From Tubiluchus corallicola (Eukaryota; Animalia; Priapulida): 64,000 nt of DNA. The position numbers and the translations under genes are program-made. The notes beneath the pieces were generated by a model, which was not told the origin of the DNA, ran no database searches, and saw only the letters and a list, made by a program, of their open reading frames with translations. The stretch's first letter is position 1; every line of letters starts with the position of its first letter. This document shows positions 35,601 to 48,524 of the stretch, in pieces. The stretch spans positions 1 to 64,000 of the forward strand of contig JAQGDQ010000262.1 of assembly GCA_030141605.1 (NCBI GenBank), in the 5' to 3' direction.

Positions 35601-38600
35601 CGTAGTATGCAGGACTTTTTAATGGTCCAGACTTTGTTCGATTCTTCCAATATCTGTAAAAACAAGGTACGGTGCGAGATATGAGTGTATATAATATGTG
35701 TGCTTGCACAGCAATAACATCCGGTAGTCAGCAGTTAAGGTTTTCTAGATATTCACATACTGAATCTCTATTTTGTCAGGGACATTTTGATACCACGCTC
35801 ATCACTCTATGTTATTTCTAGCCTGACATATTCCACGTTGAAGTTGAGATGCAGGCTGCACACTGAAAAACATAATCTTGAGAAAATCGTTGTTATAGTT
35901 TTCCGTTGTTGTTTTTTTTGCGCTTCTACAAAACACTCTGCAGCCGTATGAAGGATGATTGCTATGAACTTTGCAAGAGCACATTGAAGTTACGTTTAAA
36001 TCCTGTAGATAGCTCTTCTTCCAAACAAAATCTGGGGTCAGTAAGTGCAAGCAAAATGACTGTTTCCCCTAGCTACTATTGGAATTTGAAAATATGAGTT
36101 TTGGACTTACATAATGATAATTTTTAGCCAGAGAAATGCGTAAGGTGTTATAACATTAAATTTTTGTATTTTCTAAGTAATTTCCTGGCATTTTGATGTT
36201 AGGACACAAAACCCCAATATATTTGGCATAAAAAACTTGATATTTGACCCAATGTATTCTACTTTGAAGTATTATAACACAGTTTTAGGTATGCCAACTT
36301 GTGGTTTTTGCTGTGCAAGCACACAAATGATAATCACTATTTCATTTCCTCTGGCAGTTTGGTCTTTTTTGCATTTTTTTGTAGATAGTAGCCAATAAGA
36401 GGAACGGGATTGATGTAGACAAGTGGGATTATTTTGCTCGTGACTGCCACCACCTGGGAATAAAGAACAACTTTGATCACCTGAGAGTGATGAAGTTTGT
36501 CCGAGTTGTGGAAGCTGATGGGGAGAATCAGATTTGTCTGCGTGATAAAGTAAGTTTCTCCTTTGCATTGTGTCTTTGTAATTCCGAATGCACATCTACA
36601 AAAGAGAAAACATGGTGAGAAAGTCAAAGAAAGAGAAAAGTACAGGAAAGATACATGACAGGTGAAAGATACGAAGCCGGTAAGAGTGAGAGAGAGAGAA
36701 TGAGAGAGGTGGGAGATTAACAAAGAGAGAATTGAGAGGGTGAGAGATGAAGCAAAGGAGACCAAGAGAGTGAGAATGCTTCGTGGGTTGTAAATGGTTT
36801 GTTGCTGCCAATTCGAAAATATGTGATTTATGTACTTTCCACTGTACTGCATATTATCAGAATCCACAGTGCATTAAATGAAGACTGGATGATTTTTCGT
36901 CTACTACCCAATTTTCAAATCCGATAAAAAGTATACATTTTAACACAATTAATACTGCAAAAGCGTTTCTGATGATTAAATAATAGATTAAAAACTTAAT
37001 TAACGGCAGGCCAACATCAGCTATTGATGACATCACAAACTAACATCATTTTAACAGCAAAAATATTCCACGAGCGTGCTGAACATGTTTGTGAAAGAGA
37101 AAATTGAAGTACAGTGCTACTTTAAGATATTCAGTGTGTTGAAATAAAACTAGGCAATTTTTAAGATAAAATTTCAAATTCACACATGAGCTATCGAACG
37201 TGTCTAGTTCATCACAAACTAAAACATCTGAACTGAGAGGTACAATAATTGTTTTTTGTGCAATGCATTTCCGAAATGCGGGCGCTAGTGCACGTCTAAC
37301 TAACAAATGGCGAAATGTATGTAACAGCAAAGAACTAGCATCGCAAATGTGAAATTGTGTTTGTGTGGTAATAATTCTTTCACGTGAGCCATTTTTGAAA
37401 ACAATGTTATGTTTCCTTTCAATACTTTAAAGAGTAGATTGTTTTGACCTACAGTTTAAGATTAGGTCTGGTTTTGCTTTAAGTTTTGGGCAGTAAAACA
37501 AAAAAACTTGTAACTTTTTATTGTACTGTAATTAAATTATGCGCATGCACAGAGATAGATTGCTAGACTCACTAAAAGAGCAAGGCGAACAATTGGTGCA
37601 CCATGTTTTAAGACAAATTCTATGGTGTGCTGTTAAGCAAATGATGGTCGCAATTGTACAGTACAAAACTGCATTCAACTGTTAGACAAAAACAGCCCAT
37701 GAGTGATGCACTTTCGAAGTATTGTTCAATATGCAGGGCAGCAATCTCTCTCCTTGCATGCACCGAGTTTAGATCTATGTGCTTTGCACATGTTATAGCT
37801 ATAACGACCAAAGAGAACTACTAAGTAGTAGCGATGTGTGGTCTGCTATGAAGTTAAGGTATTTTGAATTGTTGAAAGGCTGGTAATGCCAGGGACACTC
37901 TTTCTCTTTTAGTTTATTTCACCTGCCGTAGTTGTCTCCTTTGTTTCTTCCTTTGAGGATATATACATATCCAAATGTAGTACTGTGCCAGTGTGAGTGT
38001 CTCATCTTTTATGATTATCCTTGACAATCTAGGGTACGACATTTCCACATTCGTCAACACTGGAATGCCCCGTTTGCAGGAGGACCAGCTTATAAAATTA
38101 TATCTAAGATTACAAGGCGTTATTTTGACTGAGTACAATTTGAAAGAGGCACTAGCTACTTGACTTTGATAAAGTAATGACTTTATCAGTTTCTTATCTA
38201 GCTTTAAAATAAATATTTTCTACTGGTGTGCTTCTTTCTTTTTTGTACCTAAAGCCAGTTTTCACTTAATAAACTTGCAGCATCAGTACTAAACGCTGTA
38301 ATCAGTCATATGGATACGATAAAAAGATTGTTTCATCAGTAATGCTGATTTATCTCACTAATTCAAAGAATGTCATTGCTACAGCAGTAAGAGAAAAATC
38401 ACATAAGCAGATACCAGGGGTGTGCAAATTGCAGCCCGCGGGCCACTTGCGGCGCACCGAGAGAATTTGTGCAGCCCGCAAAGAGAGAATAGATTTGTCA
38501 ACCTAATGAAAGTGCGGCCCGGGCGATTAATTGAGTCTATCCAGCTGAAGTCCGTACCACGATCCCAAAGATAGTGCGGGTAGCTTTTTCTACTAGATCG

Positions 38601-41600
38601 GATGCCATTAACCCTTACAAGATGGTTGTAGCTTAATGTCACTGTACTACACAGAGTGTGTGATACACATTACTAATATGTATTGTAATGAAATTACCAC
38701 TATCTGTCCTGAAAGTAGAAATATATGGTTTGTAATATAAATTTTAATAACTTCTAAAATAGTTTCCTGAGTGTAGTAGTAATGATGTACGCAGGTCGGA
38801 TACAAAAAAATCGTTATTAGGCCTTTCTGTACTTGGCTTCTTGATCAAACTGCCTGTGGCCCACAGGAATTGCGGCAAAGTTTAATGTGGCCCGGCTAAT
38901 CCAATAATTTGCACACCCCTGGCAGATACTATTGCTAAAACTAGTGTTATTAAAAGTACTATGACATGTAAGAACATGTTAAAATTAAGGCACGTTTAGT
39001 ATTTAATTTGGTGAAGGATTTACTTTGTTTTTAAAGGAAGTTGGTAACATGTACGACATGTTTCATACGCGGAATGCCCTTCATAGAAGAGCCTATCAGC
39101 ATTCTGTCTGCCAAGCTATAGAACACATGTAAGTATTTTACTTGCTGTACGTAATGGACAGTTAATAACTTTCGGCAAGTTCTTTAGGCTATTAGTTTGT
39201 TTCTAACTTTGCTTGTATGTGAGTTAATAAGTGTTGCTAAATAACTTTTTTATGCAAAACAATGTTGGTGGCCGCTCGTGGTAAGAGTGATGGTACTAAC
39301 AGTCTTGTTGAAGCTGATGGGGTTGTAAATAACCCGAGAAACAATTTTCTGGTAAAGAATTCCATAAGCAAGAGGTCTGGGGAAAAACTGGGTTGAGAAA
39401 CTGCTCTGCATCTAAAAATATCCTGGTTAAAAGTATGAGAAGCAAAACAATGTTATTCACCGACTATGTGAAATCAAACATATTTCCCTTTTTTCTGTTA
39501 GTGAGTCCACTACATCACCTGCAAACTAACTTAGTGAGTGAAAATCAATGGTAAAATGAAATTTAACAATTAAGGCCTACAGTTCTGTCATGAGTGGTGT
39601 GCCATCCATAAATGCAAATTGTATGTTTATCTCTGGAAAACTACTAACTAGCCTTTTCTTTCAGGATAACAGATGCCCTTCTGAAAGCAAATGACCATAT
39701 CTTATTTGCCGGGAAGGACGGGTAAGCCAGTGTTGCGGGTGTGTGAAGTTTTTTAAAGCTTAGATCATTTTGTTGTGCTCCAAATTGTCCATTCTTTCAT
39801 CAGAAAGTAAACAACTAAGGATCTCCATTTCGTTATACAAAAACTCTGTTTATTCTCAGTTTATCTTAAGTTACACCGTCAGTTACATGGAAAAACTGGC
39901 AGTTATTTTAGTTAACCGTCAAAAAAATCAGTTTTAACATTTCCTAAACCAGGATTGTATGTAGCATGCAAACTCTTATGGTAGTTTTTTCTGTGTGCTA
40001 GTTCGTGTCTTTGTTAACAGATGGCAGTAGTGACATTTATCTGAACACTTTAGTGTAGATATGTTGGGATTAAAGCACTTGTACTGATTTTACAGGAAAA
40101 TGTTGAAAATGAGCGAAGCTATTGACGACATGGTCGCTTACTTAAAGATGACCGATACTGTCCTCCAACAGATTTTGTATTCGACAGAGCCGGAGTTGGA
40201 ACCGGCCAGAGAGGTTGTCATGACGATACAAAAACGCCAAATTTACAAATGCGTTGGTCAAACGAGACCATTATCCAAAACTAGGGATACAACACGACTT
40301 CAGGTATGACACTGTAGTTAAGGTAATCGATTTATACATGTACATTTTACTCGCCGAAAGATGTTATGTTAATTTACTTAAATTGTGTTTTCATAACAGT
40401 TCCACACAATCAGATACCAATACAGTCAAACCTCGCTATAATGGACTTTCAGGGAGTGCTCAAAAAGTCCATTATAACGAGAGTCCATTATACCGAGGGG
40501 TACCATATCTGAAGCCAGACTACCTTACAATAGATATGTGAAAGTTATTTGTGAAGTTGAAATGGAACACTTGTAGAAAACAACTAAACACTAGATTGCA
40601 TGTTTGCACAAAAACTGAAACACTTTTATTGCACTAAATACACAGTAAAATGCACAAGTAAAATGAAGATAATAAGTTGCACAGCACTGAGTGTGTGACA
40701 GAGAGACAGTGTGTCCCATGAGTTGCACGACTGCACTGCCTGAGACAGAGAGTGACTAGCAGTGAAATCTAGCCAGTTTATATAGGTAGAGACTATGCAA
40801 GAACTTGGCTTCACATATCTCATTACAGTGAAATAGGGGAGATACAGTGAGTTTGAATATTCATTGGACTGAACAATTGTGATAAGGGGTGAATTGAACT
40901 AGTAAATATTAAAGTAACTAATCAATAGATGGCAGCACCTAAAATATACAGTTACAACTTTCACAAGATACAATGGGATCATAGAAATCAACAGTAAAAT
41001 GAAATAATGTTTATAATCGAACGTCAAACGGTTTTATTCAAATGCCATATTTGATACAAGGCTGAATCTATAATTTCGTTAGATGAATTAGTCAGCTACT
41101 GTCCAAAACAATATGTGATTTTTGCCTGTTTTTTCGCGCCAGCATCACTCGCACTCTTCGTGGTAATGTTCTGTTCTAATGGTAATGTGGATCCATTATA
41201 GCGGGGGAGAAAATGCACTGGGGAGCAGGAAATAAGTCCATTATACAGAGGGGATAAAAACAAAGAAAAACGATAGCTGAAAAACGGGACCGGAGAAAAC
41301 GTCCATTATATCGAGGGGTCCATTATAGCGAGGTTTGACTGTATCATATATTTTGTAATGCAATAGTAGTTCACATGACAACTGTGCAGAGAAATTCTGC
41401 TACATTTTTGTGAGAATCTTTCGTCCTTTTTAACAAGTGCAGTGACTTTATGATAAATTTATTTTCGCCTTCTTTTCAGCGAATGAAAAATCAGGAAGTG
41501 GCAAGAGAAATCTCTTCCTCTTTAACGGAAGCGGAACTAAAAGAAGCGCTGAGGATGCGCAAAATGTCGACCGATTCCACGCTTCCGGATCCAGACAGTC

Positions 41601-44600
41601 TTCTTATACATGCAAGTAAAACAATACTGGTAGTATAAGTCGTTGAAGCAATACTTGCTTGAGTACTTATGTCACCTATAATGGACTGACATGTTTTGCT
41701 TCTTTTGCGCCACTGGACACATCTCTTAATGTTTAAAATTCAAATTAGATCTGGGTACTCTATGAACTGACTGAATATTACAAGACAATAATAGTTAGCT
41801 AGAGTGATGTAAAGGGAAAAAATTGCAGAAACTAAAGGTCTTCTAATCAGCCGAGTTTGTGCAGAGATTGTTTGTCTTCATATTTTTCTGCAGTAATTAG
41901 TTCTGTCACAAGTGAAACTTTTGCAACACATGACTTAAGAAAGAAGAAGCATGTCGTGAAGCTCACGATTTCTTTTATCTTATTTTTTATTAGTTCTTAA
42001 TTATGATCATTTGGCATATTATTACATTCTCTTGTTAAAACATTAAAAATCCCACACAAGAAATTTCAGCTATAAACTAAGTCTATTTCTTTATATACAG
42101 TCTAAACTTTCATCCTTGAACTAGTATGCATAACATTTACCTTCATTGAATTGCTGGCTTCCTTGCTTCATGGAAAAAACTTACCTGGTCAGTTGGCTTT
42201 CAGACATCACTGAGTAAGCATGTGACTTAAACTGAGAGAGCAATGTATAGTGTTGTTAATGATTTATATAAATAAAGCTCACCTGTATTCTACTTGAATT
42301 CTACCTGCATTCTGATGTCTTAGCCTTCAGAAGTTCTTCATAAAGCATGCGTGAAATGATTTTGCTTAAACAAGTTCCTACTAAAATCGTTTTTGAGAAC
42401 TCTTGAATTTGCCAAATTGAACATTTCCAAAAAATGAGTTTCTCATTGTTAATTCGTCCAGTGAGCAGAGGCACTATGAGTCTGCATATTGACAAAGTAA
42501 TCAATCTCATGCTAAATGTGTCTACGGATGATCGAAGAATTGTTTAAATTCACCACCCGATAAAGCTCACCTGTATTCTACTTGAATTCTACCTGCATTC
42601 TGATGTCTTAGCAATTACCTTCAGAAATTCTTCATAAAGCATGCGTGCAATGATTTTGCTTAAACAAGTTCCTACTAAAATCGTTTTTGAGAACTCTTGA
42701 ATTTGCCAAATTGAACATTTCCAAAAAATGAGTTTCTCATTGTTAATTCTACCAGTGAGCAGAAGCACTATGAATCAATCTCATGCTAAATGGGTCTACA
42801 GATGACCGAAGAATTGTTTATATTCACCACCCAATCAATTCTTTGCTACTAGATAAAAACTGGTAACTCAAAGTCAAGTAAAATCATTCAAAGGACTTCA
42901 ATCTTCCTTGCATGTGTTACTAATAGTGGAATTTTTTACCAATGCAGATGGTGGATTTAAATTATGGAATGAAGGGTGGTGGAAATCCCATAGACAACAT
43001 TCGTTTTTATTCCAAGAAGAACCCAAACGTTGCCGTTCAAGTTAGGAGAAACGAGGTGCAATAACTACCATTAAATCTGTTAGAATGTACTTGTTATGTT
43101 ACGAATGCTATGTAAAAAGTGTGGCAAATTGTACATAATGTGGCGTGATGCCTGATGTTTGTTGAATTTTTAAAAATGCTGTAGGTGTAATCTGTGATAC
43201 AGCATTTGACCGCCGATCCAGTGTTTCTGGGTTCGAATCCCACTTGTGTCCCAGTGTCTCAAGGTATTTAGCCATTGAAAACGGCAAGCCAGGGTGCCAG
43301 ACTAGTTACTAGGTAGTCGTGTTTCACATACACACACAGACACTGTTTCCAAAATGTACGTGTATTCAATATAATTCGTTACGCACTTTCGACCATTGTA
43401 ATTTAGAAAAACTTGTTAATAATAAAATACATTGAATTAAGTGAAAGTGAAAGAGTTTGGCGTTCTCAGTTGTTCGTGTTCAAATGACATACAGTCAACC
43501 TACGGTATAAGGTACTTGCTTATAAGGGACACTCGCTGATAAGGGAGCACCAACACCGGTCCCGATTTTTCATAACGTTTTTCCCATGTAAAAGTCTTCG
43601 TATATAAGGTACTCGGACGTAAGGGACTTTCGGTTATAAGGAATAATATGTTCAAGTCGCGCGTAATAGAAACCCAGGTAAATTGCATCGCATATAAGGG
43701 ACCCTATGATCAAAGCGAAATTGATCGATTTTTAACCTCAATTTTTCGCAAACTCGGCCTTCAAACATCTCAGTTTCTGCGGTCACATACATCTCGCATC
43801 ACTGAAGGAGCTTCCTACAAGGGACATCGGATATAAGGGATGGTTTTTTCCGGTCCGGAGGTGTCCCTTATATCCGAGGTTAACTGTAAATGAAAACTCT
43901 CTTTAAAAAGACAATTGTGCAGTGCCTCCAGAAATACCGCCATTCTTTTTGCATCCCATTTCCACTCATTTATCAGTTACAGTTGCGTAGAATGAGTTTT
44001 TAATCCTAACCTCCTACTAGCCGTTAGTTTTCAAATGAAAGTGGTTGGTGCTCGGGCACTTGTGCAATGTACACTTGAATTAAGTAGAAAAGTCGGCTTC
44101 CTTTTTGTTAGGTGTCACAAATGTTACCGGAAACTTTCGCAGAATATTGGCTGCGGGTGTACACGAAGCAGACATCACCTGATCAGCGCTTAAAAGCCGA
44201 ATTGTGCTTTGCTGCCTGGTGTAAGAAGAATGGACTAGACTACAAGGTAAGCTAAATTATAAATTGGATTTAAAAATTGAGACATACTTCTGCATCTTTA
44301 TATTTAAAAGCATCTAATTTTAATATAGCAAACAGGGCATGTTGTAGCAAATACAATTATTATTATTAATTTCTTAATTCATCAGTTTTGTTGTCTATTG
44401 AACTGAAAGTAAATGTTGCATCTGTTAACTTCCACATGATTAAACATTTCAAGACAACATTAGTAGTTGTACACAAATGTCATTTTTTCTAAATAAAAGT
44501 TTTGGCAATGCACATTTAAAAGATATTTGAAGCATTGTTGATGTTTACATCTTTTATTTGTTTACACAGGAAGGGGATCTCAGGAACTTGGAGCTGACAC

Positions 44601-44671
44601 CGTTCAAGAAAGAGTCTCAAGAACTGGAAGAGGATGAATTGAAGGAGTGCACTAGGAACCTGATGCAATAA
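29685..44671 (+). CDS. SAMHD1: SAM and HD domain-containing dNTP triphosphohydrolase SAMHD1, complete, about 639 aa
   Basis: 16 exons: 29685-29928, 30257-30323, 31242-31311, 31896-32056, 32740-32855, 34012-34082, 34641-34784, 35132-35179, 36385-36549, 39037-39128, 39665-39721, 40096-40303, 41480-41611, 42948-43055, 44112-44246, 44570-44671; total 1920 nt, in frame. SAM domain (WTVEDV..FL; [19 protein letters not shown]) and HD domain ([49 protein letters not shown]). Confidence 0.96.
30790..31140 (+). mobile_element. Degenerate Penelope-like 3' remnant with a decayed hammerhead
   Basis: [25 protein letters not shown] loosely resembles a PLE endonuclease C-terminus; CTGATGA-T-GAAATG-ttgt-CATTTC-AAAA-CATT at 31099-31130. 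Confidence 0.5.
34850..35050. repeat. About 69-bp tandem repeat, 3 copies
   Basis: TGTTATGCTGCATTGTTTTTCAAATTTACTG.. repeated three times. Confidence 0.85.
35698..36324. mobile_element. Non-autonomous TIR element, Sola-like (copy B)
   Basis: ATAT|GTGTGCTTGCACAGCAA ... TTGCTGTGCAAGCACAC|AAAT; 4-bp AWWT-type TSD. Confidence 0.7.
38415..38921. mobile_element. hAT-superfamily MITE (copy 1)
   Basis: 16-bp TIR CAGGGGTGTGCAAATT; perfect 8-bp TSD GCAGATAC; inverted copy at 63466-63963. Confidence 0.93.
39267..39441 (+). mobile_element. Short retroposon (SINE-like) insertion
   Basis: 175 bp between perfect 13-bp direct repeats GCAAAACAATGTT; 5' end weakly resembles a tRNA A box. Confidence 0.55.
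40423..41341. mobile_element. Tc1/pogo (Tigger-like) MITE
   Basis: Perfect TIR CAGTCAAACCTCGCTATAATGGAC; TA TSD; subterminal GTCCATTATA repeats. Confidence 0.92.
42274..42835. repeat. About 285-bp tandem duplication in a SAMHD1 intron
   Basis: ATAAAGCTCACCTGTATTCTAC..TTCACCACCC occurs twice. Confidence 0.9.
43492..43886. mobile_element. Tc1/pogo (Tigger-like) MITE
   Basis: TA|CAGTCAACCTACGGTATAAGG ... CCTTATATCCGAGGTTAACTG|TA; internal ATAAGGGA repeats. Confidence 0.85.
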
Positions 44672-46780
44672 TTACACAAAATTAGCTATTTGTGGTGCTA
44701 ATTTTTGCCGCTGAATATTTATTCAATCCTTAATTGTGCTTTGGAGGATTGACTTATTAAATCAAAATTTTTTTGTGCTTTTGAATGTTTTACAAATACT
44801 CGTTCATTTAATATTTAAGTGAATATTTAACGAGTATATGTTGTTGTTTCATCTTTATGCGGGTCTCGGTATTGTTACCAATGGTACGTACCACAACTTA
44901 GTAATTTATACATGTACAGTAATTCATTGTTGGTAGATGGTAGATCAAATTAGATAGGTGAAAGTTGTACATATTTGAAGATTTTAACTATGATATATTT
45001 TTGAGTATTACTTTTATGTGGCATCATAAAGTAATAGTGATATTATCATCCTGCTCAATTTTATAACTACTATTCTTTTAACAAGTATTTGTACCACTAA
45101 GCCTGCTAACTGTCATACCACCACGTCGAGTATAATTAACGGAATATACATGTTCACATTAGGTTGATTAAGAACTTGTTAGGCAACAAAATTTAATTGC
45201 TTTACATGTATAAGCTATTTCTTATTTCTATATGCTTATTTGTTTAATATTCGGATTAAACAACTGGAAAGTGTGTGTGCTCCAGTTAGGGGTTTGTACG
45301 TCCGAATTCTTCATGTGAGTTATGCATATTTTAAATCTTGTTATCTATTATAAAGTATTTTATTCTGTAAGCACGAGAAATGGTAATCTGCAGTTTTATT
45401 TTGCCGATTATCTTTAGAAGATAATTTTACTACAAAATAAAGTTCGAGTCAATTGATGTGGCAGTATTCAGATTTTTCTTACCCAAAGTTGTTGATTTGT
45501 GTAGTTACATTAATCATTATAAAATTCTAAATATTTTCAATAAAAAATAATTTCTTTATTACACGCTGAAGTGTATTTTTAATTATGCTGCCATGACTTG
45601 TATTTAATATATTTGTATTTTTTTACTGATGATCTGCGTCAATAATTCACTCATTTTACAAGCTGTTATAAATTTGGTATTCAAATCATTCTGATTATCC
45701 AGCTAAAAAACCTTCAGCCTATCACAATACCTATGCTGGTGAACCAATGTGGTGGTTTATGTAGTAGCAACTTAGTAAAAAAGTACTTTTTAAAGCAAAC
45801 TGATGTACTGGGCCACCTTTCATATAGTAACTGAAGTACTCTACAAGAGACTGGACAACAAGCTGTGCCTGCGTCTATGTTAATTACGGAAATCTGTCAC
45901 TACTAAATAAGCTGGTCAATGATGCACTGGATGTGGACTGAACAGGAATTATAGCTGCAATTTTATATCCAGTTTTTTGCCTTTAATATTTTTTGAAGTG
46001 GTAAAATCACAACTTTATATGTTACTTATCTTACTTCATCAAGTGAGCAAATGCATTTTGAGACATTGAGACAGCTTTGTGTGTTGGTACATAAAGAAAC
46101 ACACAGCAACCCGTTGAAATGGCATTTTTCTTTACGCCATATCTGCGTAATATTACACAAGTACCAAAAAATTGAAAAATAGCTGCATAGTAATCATTTA
46201 TTTGAAGTTTCAAAATTAAGCCTAATGTGCCTTATATACTTTAAAAAACTGAGCGCTAATTCAAGCTGAACCTGAAAATATAACACTACTTTAGCAAAAA
46301 GACATTCTACACCTATAGCAGCAGTTTCTTAATTTTACAGAAAAAAATGAAGCTATAATTACAATCAAGTCCGTGTCTAATCAATTTTAACCTTTAGCTC
46401 TGCTTTACCAACACATGTACAAATGGTTAGTTTGGTGGCACTGACCAGCCGACTAAGTACCTGCCTCATGGAAAATCCACTGTAAGCAATGTGTTTCATG
46501 TGCCTGGATCTACACAGAATGCCAGACTTGAGGGTGTTTTCTGAAAATCAGAGTTCATAACTTGCACTATAAATTCCACTGTTTTTCTTAGTGTGATGTC
46601 TTGTTGAATTTTGCAACCACTTCACTGGCACAATGCAAAGCTTAACTTTAAATGAAGTGTAAAAGCAGATGAATCAATGGATTGCACTTCATACCCCAGG
46701 AGTCATTATAACCGTATGCTTATAAATGCAAAGAGTTTTAATTTTCATTATTTAGAAAGCCATATCTTAGTCACTTTTCA

Positions 46781-48420
46781 TTACTTTCCTCTCACATTGA
46801 CTCTATACCACTCATTGTACTGGAAAGATTCGCTGTTCATTTTGTCAACATACAGTCTACCATCTAGATGATCCATTTCGTGTTGGATGATGCGGGCTGC
46901 CCAACCAGAAACCTTCCAGCTTACAGGTTCTCCTTCCTTATCGTAGCCTGCGAATGAAACAACGTAATGCGCATGTAAAGGAAATTCAATAAGGCTGCTT
47001 TCACACTGCTATGCACTTGACAGGAACATAACTGAACTTACTGTGCAGACAATCTGACACTGACTAAGATTTTGTTGGAAATGTTTAAATAAGGTATAGA
47101 TTAGCCATACTCAGATGTATACATGACAATGTGACTGTTGCACTGGTTAAGTTAGTCACTGGTGTGATACAAATAGCCTCTGTAAGTAAACAGACAGAAT
47201 CAAAACACAATAATCAGAGTAATCAATGTCTAAAATCTAGGTTAGTCACTGGTGTGATACAAATGACCTCTGTAAGCAACCAGACAGAATCAAAGCACCA
47301 TAATCAGAGTAATCAATGTCTAAAATCTAGGTTAGTCACTGGTGTGATACAAATGACCTCTGTAAGTAACCAGACAGAATCAAAACATCATAATCACAGC
47401 AAAAGTTATCTACAGTTAAACCTCTTTATACGGCTTACTTTAGGACTGCTAAAAAGTTGTCATTATAGCAAGTTTGAAATTAGAACGAGCAACATTAATA
47501 CATACGTCTATGCAAATATGGATATTTTGTAAATAGCTAAAAATTTGCACGTTAAGCGAGGTTGACATTATAAAGGGTGGGGTGTTATAACGAGGCTTGA
47601 CTGTGCTGTAGGATCTCGGCTTTGCGCATTTCACACTTGGATAAGTTAGACAACTAAAAGAGTAACATTTTTTGCATATGCGATAACTTATTGGCCTATA
47701 GCTTGACAATGTCTGTCTGTAATCAATTCAGTTAAAGGATACTCATTTACAAGCTTTACTTTAACAAAATCACAATTTGTAATTTTTAAGGTCATCGGTG
47801 ATCATACAGTACCAGCCATTATACGTAAATGGACTAATCTTCAAGAGTTAAGTTTAATGTAAACTTGTTAAATTAAAATAATTACCTTGAATTTCCACCG
47901 CTTGGAATCGTGGCACATCAGCGCTAAAGCCACGTATGCTAACACAACCTTCACCAAAAATCACCTTGTTGTAATCATTTACTGTCAGCCGAGGATTAAT
48001 AAAAACTTTCAATGGTATATGAAACATTTCTCTAGCTTCTTGTACTGCTGGCGTAAAGTCTCGTAAGTGGTCTTTAGTGAATTCCATCACAAAGATGCGT
48101 AGTCCTATGCCGATCTGTGGGGCGGATATGCCAACCGCATAATTCTTGCGCATCACTTTCACTAATTTCGCTATAGTTTTCTGTATTTCATCGGTTTTAA
48201 TTAAGTTCAAATCAACGTCTTTTGCTCTAGTTCGCAGAATAGGATCACCTATCTGACAAGCATGGTCATACGGAGGTTTTTTCGGCACGCGAGTCGGCCA
48301 AAGACTTTCGTTAAATTTCATCAGACTCTGTCCAAATCTGTAAAGGGTAGAATAGTGCTCACAGCAGGTAAGGTGCATAGATGATCCAATAAAGCACTTC
48401 TTTAGCACAAATCTACGCAT
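46781..48420 (-). CDS. PDF: Peptide deformylase, mitochondrial (233 aa, 2 exons)
   Basis: Exon 1 48420-47886 and exon 2 46947-46781 (phase 1 GT-AG intron). Motifs VGISAPQ, EGCVS and QHEMDHLDG; basic N-terminal extension consistent with a mitochondrial targeting peptide. Confidence 0.95.
47150..47400. repeat. 90-bp tandem repeat, about 2.8 copies, in the PDF intron
   Basis: GTTAGTCACTGGTGTGATACAAAT.. at 47151, 47241 and 47331. Confidence 0.9.
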
Positions 48421-48524
48421 GTTCGCACACTAGAAGAGAACAAAAAAGCCTTTAGCATTCAGAATAAAACTAGCTATGATAATCACCAAGAAACAAAGCT
48501 GAAAAACTGAATATCCAAACTCAG

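Noticed and set aside
38379-38642. Conserved protein encoded twice (also 63743-63964)
   Set aside because: Both ORFs lie inside copies of the same hAT MITE, have no ATG start and show no transposase motifs.
46034-46540. Extra minus-strand exons downstream of PDF (TTTTCAG|..CAG|GTACTT)
   Set aside because: No sustained ORF or recognisable homology; probably 3' UTR with chance splice-like motifs.
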